From Chloroflexota bacterium (lineage in GTDB: Bacteria; Chloroflexota; UBA11872; VXOZ01): a stretch of 64,000 nucleotides of DNA. The position numbers and the translations under genes were made by a program. The stretch covers positions 1,344,001-1,408,000 of the forward strand of contig OZ244922.1 of NCBI GenBank assembly GCA_965221905.1, in the 5' to 3' direction. The notes under the pieces were generated by a model, which was not told where the DNA came from, searched no databases, and saw only the letters and a list, made by a program, of their open reading frames with translations. Of the stretch, positions 49,000 to 59,124 are shown in pieces (the first letter of the stretch is position 1; each line of letters starts with the position of its first letter).

Positions 49000-51435
49000 A
49001 TGAAGCAGATTAATCGAAGCCTAGCACCTCTTGTCGCATCCTTCAGCAGCAGCCTCAGTGTGTTCGCCATAGCCGTGAAGGTACGTGGGTTCTTGAATTG
49101 TCCTCCATCCGACAGCGGTGCCAACGATGAGATTCCCTTGATGCACCGGCTCGCCATTGTTTACCTTTTGTTACCGGTGGTGATTTGGCTGGTGGGGTGG
49201 TTTGAGTGGTGGTTCGGAGTCTCACTTACTGCCTTGGTAGCACTGGGTGCTTGGAAGGCCCTCGGACCTGCGCGAGCAAGCCTCAATTGGCAGACCTTCT
49301 TCCGCACAATGCGTGCGGCGTTGCGTCCCGCCACCGTCGCGCTGCTGCTCATTGCCTTCGCATGGGTGATGGCGACCGCCGCTGGCGGTGTCTTCGACGT
49401 CCACCACCCCGAATGGCACAAGCATCGCTCAATATTCCTCGATCTCAGCCGTAGTGAATGGCCAGTTCATTTGCCGGCGTGGACTTCCGACCTATCCGTC
49501 TTTCTTCCTGGAGAGGCGGACAGGCCCGGCTCTCTGCTGCGCTATTACTTGGGATATTACATGGTTCCTGGCTTGCTAGGTAAGTGGCTCGGTCCAGTGG
49601 TACTCAATTGGGCTGTGCCGTTGTGGACGTGGTGCGGCGTGGGACTCATGCTATTGCTCTTCACGCAATGGTTTCGTGGTTGGAAAGTGCCGGCTGCAGC
49701 TGCAATACTCATCTTATTTAGTGGCATGGATGCTGCAAGCGTACTTGTATTCGGAGGCTGGGAGTGGCTTGAGCTAGGTTTCGCATGGAATGGCTGGCCG
49801 GAGATTCGGCCAGTCCGCAATTCACTGGACGGGATCGTACACAAGGACGTATGGGTACTATTCCTATCAAATATGTCTGGGCTGATGTGGATCCCACAGC
49901 ACTTCATAGCGGGTGGGCTCTGTGCTCTATTGATCGTGCAACTTCGTTGGCATGAACGATTCCTTGCGATGAGCGGCCTCGTGCTAGTGACGGCAACATT
50001 CTGGTCGCCCTTCATTGCGATCGGCCTGCTGCCACTCTTTGCAGTGCTGTTTTTGCAGAATGGTATCCGCTGCTTTCTGCGCTGGCAGAATTTGCTCCTG
50101 GCGCCGCCTTTGGCGGCCTTGCTTTTCTCTTACTTGTCAAGTGGCACGGGACAGATCGAGCGGGGTTGGATCTGGAACATCCACTCAGATTCCTTGCCGG
50201 ACGCAATGCGAGTCTTATTGGTATTATTCTTGACGGAATTTGTGATATTGGTTTTGCTGCTCTTGCTATTGCGACCAAAGTTGCGCCAAGATTTGTTATT
50301 CATGGCTTCACTTGCAACTCTGCTTCTCGCGCCCCTTTTGTCGTATGGCCATCACAATGACTTAGTCCTACGCGGACAGATTCCCGCCTTATTCTTGCTC
50401 TCTTACTATAGTGCCTGCGCACTGTTGAAAAGCTCAGTTGAGAAATATCGGAGTTGGAACTATCCTTCCTTGACGCTTGCCGGGCTGCTCGTTGCTGTCT
50501 TGGGTATTGGTGTGGTTACTCCGTTGTTTGAATTGGCGCGGGCCAACAACGATCATGATTTTGGTGTGATTCGCTATGGGCAAATGGGACCAGACACTTC
50601 GATTCTGCGAAATCCGTGGATGCCGAGGGAGCTGCACTACCAATATGTCACGCAGGATGCTCCCGGCTGGTTCCGTTGGCTTTTGCGTAATTCGGGTGGG
50701 TATGAGCAGGCACAGCATGGGAAGGGTGAAAAAGTCATTGACTCCACCTATACCGTGCATCGAGAAGGAAGACGATTGGTCTACGTGAGGGACTCGTGCG
50801 GATCGCAGGATGTCGATACGCGCTTTTTCTTGCACGTGGTACCCACTGAAAGAGAAGTCCTCCCTCCTGGCCGCACTCACTTCAGCTATAATTTTGAATT
50901 CAGGGGATACGGCTGGCGGATTGGCGAGACGTGTCTGGCTGTGCGAGAACTGCCCGACACGTATAGCATCGGACACGTCACAACCGGTCAGTTCAATTTG
51001 GAGCGTACCGGCCATAGCTGGCTGCGCCACTATTTCAGCGACGCGTATCGCGATCGGTTGCTGGCGGAGGCCGGTGAGCCGATCATCCGCTCTTTCTACG
51101 AGGTTTATCTTCATCGAGAGCAGGCGAGGGAGAGCTCGGGCGAACCGGATCGAATTCGCTTACTGTATTTCAAACCCGGGTGCAGCCAGGATGACAATGG
51201 CACTCGCTTCTTCATGCATGTCATTCCACGTAGCGCAGATTACCTACCCAATGAGCGCAAGGAAGCGGGATACGAAGAACTGAAGTTTGGCCTGGAGGAC
51301 TACGGCGGTAGGTATGGCGGGGACTGCTTTGCAGTTCGTGATCTTCCGGAGTATGACATCCTTGAGATCAGAACCGGACAGACTAATGGAGAGAACTCGA
51401 ATTCTTGGCAAGGCAGCTTTACACTTGGCAATTGA
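49000..51435 (+). CDS. Same family, paralog 3 (two C-terminal domains)
   Basis: Same motifs; repeats start ~50725 and ~51070. Confidence 0.75.
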   Translation: MKQINRSLAPLVASFSSSLSVFAIAVKVRGFLNCPPSDSGANDEIPLMHRLAIVYLLLPVVIWLVGWFEWWFGVSLTALVALGAWKALGPARASLNWQTFFRTMRAALRPATVALLLIAFAWVMATAAGGVFDVHHPEWHKHRSIFLDLSRSEWPVHLPAWTSDLSVFLPGEADRPGSLLRYYLGYYMVPGLLGKWLGPVVLNWAVPLWTWCGVGLMLLLFTQWFRGWKVPAAAAILILFSGMDAASVLVFGGWEWLELGFAWNGWPEIRPVRNSLDGIVHKDVWVLFLSNMSGLMWIPQHFIAGGLCALLIVQLRWHERFLAMSGLVLVTATFWSPFIAIGLLPLFAVLFLQNGIRCFLRWQNLLLAPPLAALLFSYLSSGTGQIERGWIWNIHSDSLPDAMRVLLVLFLTEFVILVLLLLLLRPKLRQDLLFMASLATLLLAPLLSYGHHNDLVLRGQIPALFLLSYYSACALLKSSVEKYRSWNYPSLTLAGLLVAVLGIGVVTPLFELARANNDHDFGVIRYGQMGPDTSILRNPWMPRELHYQYVTQDAPGWFRWLLRNSGGYEQAQHGKGEKVIDSTYTVHREGRRLVYVRDSCGSQDVDTRFFLHVVPTEREVLPPGRTHFSYNFEFRGYGWRIGETCLAVRELPDTYSIGHVTTGQFNLERTGHSWLRHYFSDAYRDRLLAEAGEPIIRSFYEVYLHREQARESSGEPDRIRLLYFKPGCSQDDNGTRFFMHVIPRSADYLPNERKEAGYEELKFGLEDYGGRYGGDCFAVRDLPEYDILEIRTGQTNGENSNSWQGSFTLGN

Positions 51436-51589
51436 GAAGGAGTTGCGTGAAGCAGTCTAACGCAATGCAGCGCCATGTCAGTGGGAAGCAATGTAAAGAA
51501 GCGATGATTGTAGCGATAGTATGGAATGGTACACATTAAATCTGATCGGCCCCCACTGCTAGGCGCCTATCCACTCGCACTTTCTATCT

Positions 51590-53863
51590 ATGAATAGAGC
51601 CAATGTGCAGAGAGGTGAGAACTCAACTCTCATCAAGACTGAATCTGCTGACGAGATACCGGTAGTACATCGGCTTGCCATCATCTATCTGATGCTGCCT
51701 GTGTTGATCTGGCTGGTAGGGTGGCATCAATGGTGGGTGGGCGTACCGGCGGCGGCGTTGCTGGCGTTTGCGTGCCGGGAGGCGCTATCCGGCTCATGGA
51801 GGATGGCGGTGCGACCTCTGGCCGCCGTGCTTCTGGTGATTGCGCTGGCATGGGTGATGGTGACTGCTGCGGGCGGCTTATTTGATGTTCACAACTTTGA
51901 TTGGATCAAGCATCGGGCGATTCTGCTTGATCTCGCGCGCAACACCTGGCCGGTGTATCTTCCTGCTTGGGCGCAAAGCCTTTCCGCGATAATTCCCGGT
52001 GAAGGGGATGTAGAGGGGCTTCTGCTTCGCTACTACCTGGGCTACTACATGGTTCCCGGATTGGCCGGCAAGTGGTTTGGAGTGGAAGCGCTGAATTGGG
52101 CGGTGCCTTTGTGGTCGTGGAGTGGCGTCGCGCTAATGCTGCTCATGTTCACACGCGGCTATCTCGGTTGGAGGGCCGTGGCCGCTGCCACGATACTAAT
52201 TTTCTTCAGTGGCATGGACATCGTTTCGGTCGCACTATTCGAGGGTTTGGAGTGGCTTGACTTTCGATTGTCATTGGATGACTGGCCGCGTGTCGGGTTT
52301 GGGCGCGACTTCCTGGAGTGGAACCGCTACTGGGAAATCAAGGTGCAATTCCTATCCCATATGGTAGGGATGATGTGGGTGCCGCAACACTTCATAGCGG
52401 GTGCGCTCTATGCCTTGCTGCTGGTTCAGCTTCGACAGCACCGGCGTTTTCTTGCGGTGAGCGGTGTGGTAGTGGGTGCAAGCCTGTTCTGGTCGCCCTT
52501 TGTGGCAGTGGGACTGCTGCCGCTGGTAGCGGTATTGTTGAAGGAAAACGGCGTCCGGCCGTTCCTCCGTTGGCAAAACCTGCTCTTAGGACTGCCGTTG
52601 GCGGTGTTAGTAGTGACGTATCTAGCCAGCGGCACTGGGGATATTCCGCACTTTTGGCTTTGGGAGTTTTCCGGTTGGCAGAACGTACTGCGGGGTTTGC
52701 CGGTTCTCTACCTTGTAGAGTTCTTGCTCTTGACGGTCTTGCTTGTTCTCTTACGGCCCCGACTCCTCAAGGAACCATTCTTCCTTGTTTCCTTGGCGAC
52801 GTTGTTGCTCCTGCCTCTCTACTACTTTGGGCTACACAATGACTTGGTCATGCGTGGGTTGATACCGTCGCTGGTGTTGCTCTGCTACTATTGCGCCGGT
52901 TCTAGTCTTGGCCGGTCGTCCGATGAAAGGAGAGAAGGACGAGACTACCGTCGCAAAATCCTTTCCGGTCTGATCGTGGCAGTATTGGGCATTGGGGCGA
53001 TTGGGCCGGTAATCAACTTGGCAAGAGCGAACAGTGCCCACGACTTTGAGGTGTTCGGCTACGAGCAATTTGGACTTGAATTCTCGACTACACAAGCGGT
53101 AGGAGGGCCAATTGTCAATCAGTACTTGGCCGATGAGGTCCCTGGCTGGTATCGCGTGATGCTGCGTGACAGTGCCAATGATAATGCGCTTGCCAAGAGC
53201 GAGTTGCTGATCAGTTCCATCTTTGACGTTTACCTGCTCGATGACCGTATCTTGGTATATACGAGAACCCCGTGCACGCAGGACGACATGAGAGCCCACT
53301 TCATTCTTTCCGTATTTCCGCTGGAGGAGACAGGAAACGCGCAAGACACCCTGGACTTTGAATTTAATCAAGGCGCCGGTCTATCCATTGGTGAGACTTG
53401 TGTAACTTCACGGGCGCTGCCTAATTACAAGATCGGTCGTATTCGCGCCGGCCAGTATTCGCTCGATCGCGGTGGACATAGTTGGATGGGGATTTACCTT
53501 AGCGAAGAGTACAGAGACCGCATGATTGCGGAAGCGGGGGAGGCAGTTATTCGTTCCAATTACGATGTGTACGTCAACAAAAAGTGGCTGATTTTCAGTA
53601 AGGCCGCTTGTACTGAGAGAGACGTGGTTGCGCCTTTCACAATGCGTGTAACCCCGGTTGACGTAAATGCCCTCGGTGAACACTTGAGAAAGCAGGGCTT
53701 CGAGGAGTTTACGTTCAATTTCAGCGAACATGGGGGCTGGATTGGCGATAGTTGCCTAGTGATGCATGAGCTACCTGACTACGCGATGTTGAGCATTACG
53801 ACGGGGCAGCACATACCCGGGGGGATTCCTATTTGGGAAGGTAGGTTCTCTCTTCAGAAGTAA
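51590..53863 (+). CDS. Same family, paralog 4 (two C-terminal domains)
   Basis: Same motifs; repeats start ~53198 and ~53534. Confidence 0.75.
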   Translation: MNRANVQRGENSTLIKTESADEIPVVHRLAIIYLMLPVLIWLVGWHQWWVGVPAAALLAFACREALSGSWRMAVRPLAAVLLVIALAWVMVTAAGGLFDVHNFDWIKHRAILLDLARNTWPVYLPAWAQSLSAIIPGEGDVEGLLLRYYLGYYMVPGLAGKWFGVEALNWAVPLWSWSGVALMLLMFTRGYLGWRAVAAATILIFFSGMDIVSVALFEGLEWLDFRLSLDDWPRVGFGRDFLEWNRYWEIKVQFLSHMVGMMWVPQHFIAGALYALLLVQLRQHRRFLAVSGVVVGASLFWSPFVAVGLLPLVAVLLKENGVRPFLRWQNLLLGLPLAVLVVTYLASGTGDIPHFWLWEFSGWQNVLRGLPVLYLVEFLLLTVLLVLLRPRLLKEPFFLVSLATLLLLPLYYFGLHNDLVMRGLIPSLVLLCYYCAGSSLGRSSDERREGRDYRRKILSGLIVAVLGIGAIGPVINLARANSAHDFEVFGYEQFGLEFSTTQAVGGPIVNQYLADEVPGWYRVMLRDSANDNALAKSELLISSIFDVYLLDDRILVYTRTPCTQDDMRAHFILSVFPLEETGNAQDTLDFEFNQGAGLSIGETCVTSRALPNYKIGRIRAGQYSLDRGGHSWMGIYLSEEYRDRMIAEAGEAVIRSNYDVYVNKKWLIFSKAACTERDVVAPFTMRVTPVDVNALGEHLRKQGFEEFTFNFSEHGGWIGDSCLVMHELPDYAMLSITTGQHIPGGIPIWEGRFSLQK

Positions 53864-54045
53864 CTGTCAAATCTCCAGGCAGCGAGGGTCTGCTGTGGCC
53901 GCACATGAGGGGGCGAAGGAGAGGTAGTGGAAGAGCACAATCGGCAAGGCCAGGCATCTAACGGAACCACTAGGTAGCTAGCCCAATGTGCCTTCAGTCC
54001 TAACCCAGTGATGCCCAACGCTAGGCGCGAAGGCCGGCAAGAAAC

Positions 54046-55800
54046 ATGAACCCATTTATTCAACCCGACAGTGGATCTGATGAACTACCAGTATTGCACC
54101 GGCTGGCCATCGCCTATTTGGTGTTGCCTCTGGTGATATGGCTGGTGGGGTGGTTTGAGTGGTGGTTCGGTTTTCCCTCGGCCGTGCTGCTGGTGCTTGG
54201 CCTTTGGCGGGTGCTATCGGGGACCTGGCAGATAAAGATACAGCCGGTGACCGTTACACTGCTATTGATAGCGTTGGCTTGGGTGATGATGACGGCTGCC
54301 GGGGGAGTTCTTGACGTTGGAAACTTCGACTGGGACAAGCACCGAGCGGTTATGCTCGATCTGGCGCGTGGCGGCTGGCCAACCTACCTGCCTGTGTACT
54401 TTGAGGCGCCTCTGCTATTGCGCTATTACCTTGGCTACTACATGGTGCCCGGTCTCATTGGAAGCTGGTTTGGACCCGCAGTACTGAACTGGATTGTTCC
54501 ACTATGGACATGGAGTGGAACCGCGCTGATTATCCTTCTGTTTACGCGAAGGCTCTACGGCTGGAAGGCAGTTGCTGCTGCCGTAATGCTCATCTTCTTT
54601 GCCACAATCGCTCTTTCTTTCGAGCCGTTGGAAGTGGGCTGGGGTCGCACAATGCTTGTGGAGTTCATGTTTTCTCCTCAGCACTTCATAGCAGGTGCCC
54701 TGAATGCTCTGCTGATTGTTCAGTTGCGCCGCGACAGGCGATTTCTACCTGTGTACGGGGTCATACTGGCCGCAACCATGTTCTGGTCGGCTCTAATCGC
54801 CCTTGGAGTGCTCGTCTTTCTCGCCATTCTCCTTTTCGAGAATGGTATCCGGCCGTTCCTATCTTGGCAGAATCTGCTCCTGTCTGCGCCCTTACTCGGA
54901 TTGTTAGTGGTCTATCTGTCTAGTGGCGCCAACTCTATACCAAGCGGATGGATTTGGGATAGGTACGGATGGGATGGAATTGCATCCACGATCGGATTGA
55001 CGAGACTAGCCGGATTCCTCTTGTTGGCTGTGCTACTCTTGCTCTTGCGTCCTCGGCTGCGTGCAGACTCGCTTTTCCTCTCTTGTCTATTCGTGCCGTT
55101 GATCATACCTTGGTATTCGTTTGGCCTTCTCAATGAGTATCTCCGGTACGCGTCGTTGGGGGCGTTCATCCTGCTATGCTACTACTGCGTCCAAACAGTG
55201 CTAACCGAATGGGGGAGTTCTCACAAATGGATGCAACGAAGTGTATTGGTTGGGCTGACCATCGTATTGGTAGGCGGGTTTGTGAACCCTTTGATGAACC
55301 TAGCGCAAAGTGCTCCCACTGAAGGCTTTCGCGTGCTTCGGTATGAGGATCTTGGCGCAGATCTCGCTACAGTCTTGAACGCAACCGGAGCAAAGTATCA
55401 TGACCAGTACGCAACGTCTGAATTTCCGAATTGGTTTCGTCGGCTTCTCCGGGGCGCTGGCGTGGAACCCTTGGATAGAGGGGAGCTGATAATCGAGTCA
55501 GAATACGATGTGTACCTGAATGGGAAGGAGCTAATTTACGTTCGCACTCCATGTAGTGAAGAAGAGACAGATACTCGGTTCATTCTCTTCGTGTACCCTG
55601 CTGATGTTAGTCTGCTTGAAGGCCGCGAACACGACAATCAAGACTTCTGGTTCTTTTGGCATGGGAAAAGAATCGGAGGAGTCTGCATAGCAACTCAGAT
55701 GCTACCAGACTATGAAATCGACCACTTTCGAACCGGCCAGTATATAGGAACATACGTGCCAACTGGCGCACTCTGGGTCGTTGACTACCATTTCAAGTGA
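54046..55800 (+). CDS. Same family, paralog 5 (one C-terminal domain, FSGMD loop absent)
   Basis: DWDKH, LRYYLGYYMVPG and PQHF retained; single repeat from ~55481. Confidence 0.72.
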   Translation: MNPFIQPDSGSDELPVLHRLAIAYLVLPLVIWLVGWFEWWFGFPSAVLLVLGLWRVLSGTWQIKIQPVTVTLLLIALAWVMMTAAGGVLDVGNFDWDKHRAVMLDLARGGWPTYLPVYFEAPLLLRYYLGYYMVPGLIGSWFGPAVLNWIVPLWTWSGTALIILLFTRRLYGWKAVAAAVMLIFFATIALSFEPLEVGWGRTMLVEFMFSPQHFIAGALNALLIVQLRRDRRFLPVYGVILAATMFWSALIALGVLVFLAILLFENGIRPFLSWQNLLLSAPLLGLLVVYLSSGANSIPSGWIWDRYGWDGIASTIGLTRLAGFLLLAVLLLLLRPRLRADSLFLSCLFVPLIIPWYSFGLLNEYLRYASLGAFILLCYYCVQTVLTEWGSSHKWMQRSVLVGLTIVLVGGFVNPLMNLAQSAPTEGFRVLRYEDLGADLATVLNATGAKYHDQYATSEFPNWFRRLLRGAGVEPLDRGELIIESEYDVYLNGKELIYVRTPCSEEETDTRFILFVYPADVSLLEGREHDNQDFWFFWHGKRIGGVCIATQMLPDYEIDHFRTGQYIGTYVPTGALWVVDYHFK

Positions 55801-55867
55801 GGGCAGGAAGAGAATGGCTATTGTTTGTGGGCAGGGAATGCAAGCACAGAAGAGAGGGGATACTCTG

Positions 55868-56896
55868 ATGAACGATACTTTCGATTTCGATACCTTCGTT
55901 ATGGCGTACTTTGAAAAGCACCCGCCGCTGCTGCACTTTGCTGGAGAGAGCAGCGAGGAGTGGTATGTGTGGCAGAAGCGATTGCGTACGCGGCTCCTTG
56001 ACCTTATGGATCCGTTTCCGGAGCAGGTCCCGCTGGAACCGCATGTCGTCGAAGAGCGAGAGCAATTTGGGGTGCGCTACGAGAAAGTGGTATACACCAC
56101 CGCTGAGGACGTGCAGGTCCCGGCATGGCTCTTGATCCCTGAAGGCATCGACCGGCCGGCCCCGGGCATCATCTGCCTGCACGGGCACGGAAAGTATGGC
56201 AAGGATTCCGTGGCGCACGTGGACTATGGCGAGGAAGACCGTGCGCGCGAAATCGCACACTATAACTATGACTACGGCTTGCAGCTCGCCAAGCGCGGGT
56301 TCGTGACCCTGTGTCCCGACGCGCGCGGCTTTAACGAGCGCGGCGAAGGATTCAGGCGCTACGGCAGGCGCGATGGCTGCAATGTCAACGGCATCAAGAC
56401 TATGCTTCTAGGCATGAACTTGACGGCGCTCAACGCGTGGGACGACATGCGCGGCATAGACTACTTGGCGAGCCGCCCGGAAGTGGACTCGAGCAGGATC
56501 GGCTGTATCGGCCTATCATTCGGCGGCACGCGCTCAACGTACCTGGCGGCGGTGGACGAGCGCGTGAAGGCTGCGGCTGTGGTCTGCTATCTCACAACCT
56601 TCAAGCAGTATGCGCTTACTCAAGGCAACTTCTGCGGCTCGCAGTTCGTTCCCGGAATCTTGAAGTACGCGGAAGTGGCGGATCTTTGCGGCTTGGTGGC
56701 GCCGCGGCCGCTGCTCATCGAGGCCGGCATACAAGACGGAGGCTTTCCGATCACGGCCACGCGTGAAGCCTATGCACACTTGGAGCGCATATACTCGGCG
56801 GCCCACGTATCGGAAAGCCTCTGGCTTGACGAGTTCGAAGGCGGTCACCAGTTTAGCGGCGCGAAAGCCTTCGACTTCTTTAGCGCCTATCTGTAA
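55868..56896 (+). CDS. Alpha/beta hydrolase (acetyl xylan esterase/dienelactone hydrolase-like)
   Basis: ICLHGHG, DARGF.ER, RIGCIGLSFGG (GxSxG), APRPLL...G.QD, GGH. Confidence 0.85.
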   Translation: MNDTFDFDTFVMAYFEKHPPLLHFAGESSEEWYVWQKRLRTRLLDLMDPFPEQVPLEPHVVEEREQFGVRYEKVVYTTAEDVQVPAWLLIPEGIDRPAPGIICLHGHGKYGKDSVAHVDYGEEDRAREIAHYNYDYGLQLAKRGFVTLCPDARGFNERGEGFRRYGRRDGCNVNGIKTMLLGMNLTALNAWDDMRGIDYLASRPEVDSSRIGCIGLSFGGTRSTYLAAVDERVKAAAVVCYLTTFKQYALTQGNFCGSQFVPGILKYAEVADLCGLVAPRPLLIEAGIQDGGFPITATREAYAHLERIYSAAHVSESLWLDEFEGGHQFSGAKAFDFFSAYL

Positions 56897-57143
56897 GACG
56901 GAGGCCGCGAGGGTGGTTGCTTAGCGAGGCGCAACGAACCAACCGGGGTCGGCGACCAAGGCCAAGTATGCTCGGAGGCGCGACTTCCGCGTAGACCGTT
57001 TCGTTGTTTTCCATGTCTACTACAATGGCGCTTACTTTGCCGAGCCGGCGATTGCGGCGGTCGTAGACCTGCATACCACGCAAGTCTTGAAACCGTGTAT
57101 CGAGCACACTTGCTCGCCCTTGCTCAAAGCGGCGGAGGGGCAT
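56880..57143 (-). CDS. PRC-barrel domain protein
   Basis: DLRGMQVYD...RLGKV..IVVD......YAEV....LGLG....LV; GAAGGAAG RBS. Confidence 0.7.
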   Translation of the reverse strand: MPLRRFEQGRASVLDTRFQDLRGMQVYDRRNRRLGKVSAIVVDMENNETVYAEVAPPSILGLGRRPRLVRCASLSNHPRGLRLTDRR

Positions 57144-57438
57144 GAATTCTCACTTCCTTCTGACTGCACGTTGGCATCTGTTCCTATATATAGGATGCAC
57201 GAATAGTATTAGAGCAGTGTGAAAGGAAGATTGCCACGAGATTAGAGTTGGGATTCTACTCTTACTTACAAGCTGGATGTTCCGCGGCAAAGAGGGCCGG
57301 ATGGACGGTTGACGAGAAAACTAGGCAGGTCTTGGCGCCGGTCTCATTGTGGCGTTGGAGACAGGTGCTTGGCCTATGTGATTGGACGCGGGCACTCGCG
57401 CCCATCATAACCGGTGCAATCCCAGCAGGAGGATCTAC

Positions 57439-58725
57439 TTAACCCGGCTGAGACGCTTCTGCCGCTTCTGCTGCAGGTTCCCCCGCGTCGTCTACGTGGA
57501 AGATGAACCACGCGGCAATCGCCATCATGGGCAGGAAAGCGGCGACCGCGGCGGGACGGCCCCAGTCCAGTCCGTCTACGATGAGCGACCAAAGGAGCGG
57601 GCCGAGTACTGCGGCAAAGCGTCCCACCATGGCGTAGAGGCCGTAGAACTGACCGATGTGTTGCGCTGGCGCAAGGCGGAGCATCAGGGGCCGGTCGGCG
57701 GCCCAGGTGCTGCCAAGAGAAAACCCTCCAAGCGGCGCGATTGCCCAGAAAATGGCTGGCGTGAGGCCAAAGAGTGGAATGGAGAAGGTCAGCGTGATTG
57801 CAACGGCCCACAGACCAAGCACGATTAGCAGGGACGGCTTTGGCCCAATCCAGTCAACGACAAAGCCCCACGTTATCCCGCCCAACGAAGCCGCTGCGAT
57901 GCCTAACATTAACGCAATGTAGACCTCTCTCTCGGTAAAGCCTACCTCATTCGTCAGATAGATGCCCATGAAGATGATAAATGTGTTGGCGGCGTCGGTA
58001 TAGAAGACGCGGCCGATCAGAAAACGCCGCAGGTTTGGTAGTTTTCCCAAGCGGACAAGTGTATTGCGCAGGTCGTGAATTGCACGGGCAGCGGCTTGCT
58101 TGCCTAGCATTACGCTGCCAACGCGCGGCTTTTCGCGCACCCACAGGAAGCACGGCACCGCAAATATGAGGAAAAGCACCGCCGTGAGCTTGAAGACAAG
58201 CGGCTTGGCGTCAGGATTGCTCTCCAATACGATGAGCCCCATCAGAACGCCTATGAACGATCCCATGTAGCCTACGCCGACGCCGATGCCGCCCACGCGT
58301 CCCCGGTTTTCTTCCGTGCTAACGACCGGCAGCAGCGAGTCGTAGAAGATCAAGCCGGACTGATAGAAGACATTGGCAACGATGAATATCAAGAGTGCGA
58401 TGAATATGCCGGTGATGCCAAGCAGAAACGTTGCTAAACAGCACACGAGCGTCGCTGCTATAAGAAATGGCATGCGCCTCGGGGTCTGGTCCGAGAGCGC
58501 GCCGAGGAAAGGAGCGACCAGGAAGACAACGAACATGGAGAAACTATTGGCGAGTCCGTAGTCGCTGTCTTTGCCGCCCATGTCGTTGACGATCCACAGC
58601 GAGAAGAAGAGCGACACAATATTGAATGAGAATATTGTGTTGGCCAGGTCGTAGAATACCCAGCTTCCTACTGCCAGCAGCTTCGGACGGCTAGGCGTCG
58701 CGGCGGCAGTTGTTGCGGCTTCCAT
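57439..58725 (-). CDS. MFS transporter, UMF1/Atg22-like
   Basis: SW.FYD.ANT.F, AP.LGA.SD, YDSLL, GQFYGLY...GR..AVLGP. Confidence 0.88.
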   Translation of the reverse strand: MEAATTAAATPSRPKLLAVGSWVFYDLANTIFSFNIVSLFFSLWIVNDMGGKDSDYGLANSFSMFVVFLVAPFLGALSDQTPRRMPFLIAATLVCCLATFLLGITGIFIALLIFIVANVFYQSGLIFYDSLLPVVSTEENRGRVGGIGVGVGYMGSFIGVLMGLIVLESNPDAKPLVFKLTAVLFLIFAVPCFLWVREKPRVGSVMLGKQAAARAIHDLRNTLVRLGKLPNLRRFLIGRVFYTDAANTFIIFMGIYLTNEVGFTEREVYIALMLGIAAASLGGITWGFVVDWIGPKPSLLIVLGLWAVAITLTFSIPLFGLTPAIFWAIAPLGGFSLGSTWAADRPLMLRLAPAQHIGQFYGLYAMVGRFAAVLGPLLWSLIVDGLDWGRPAAVAAFLPMMAIAAWFIFHVDDAGEPAAEAAEASQPG

Positions 58726-59094
58726 AGTTACCTTCTTAAGTGGTTCGCTCTTGACTCGAGCGACGGCCCGTTGCAGTGTGCGGACTCCGGCAGGCACGGC
58801 GGCTCGGTCATTGCGAAATGCTCCGGTCTACAAACTTCTGCGTCTGTCAGCCAAAGATCAACGTCGATCCGGCACGAGACATGGGAACAAGCGCAGCATC
58901 CTTGCATTGGGTGAATGAATGCTACGCTGATAGGAGTATAGCAGTTGTGCTTGCTCAAGTCTTGGCCGCAAAGATGGACTTGAACCGGAAGGCAGGCAAA
59001 GCCGGCATTCACTGCCCGCTCAGGCCCCAACCGAAACGGGGCCTCTTTACGACCTGACAAGCGGTGGAAATTCAAGTGATTGTCTCAACAACGG

Positions 59095-59124
59095 GTAAGC
59101 GCAGGTTTCAAACCTGCGCCTAAC
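59095..59124. repeat. Degenerate copy of the GCAGGTTTGCAACCTGCG REP
   Basis: gtaagcgcaggtttcaaacctgcgcctaac. Confidence 0.6.

Noticed and set aside
43979-55800. Diversity-generating retroelement acting on the C-terminal repeats
   Set aside because: No reverse transcriptase and no non-coding template repeat; differences between copies are not confined to adenines
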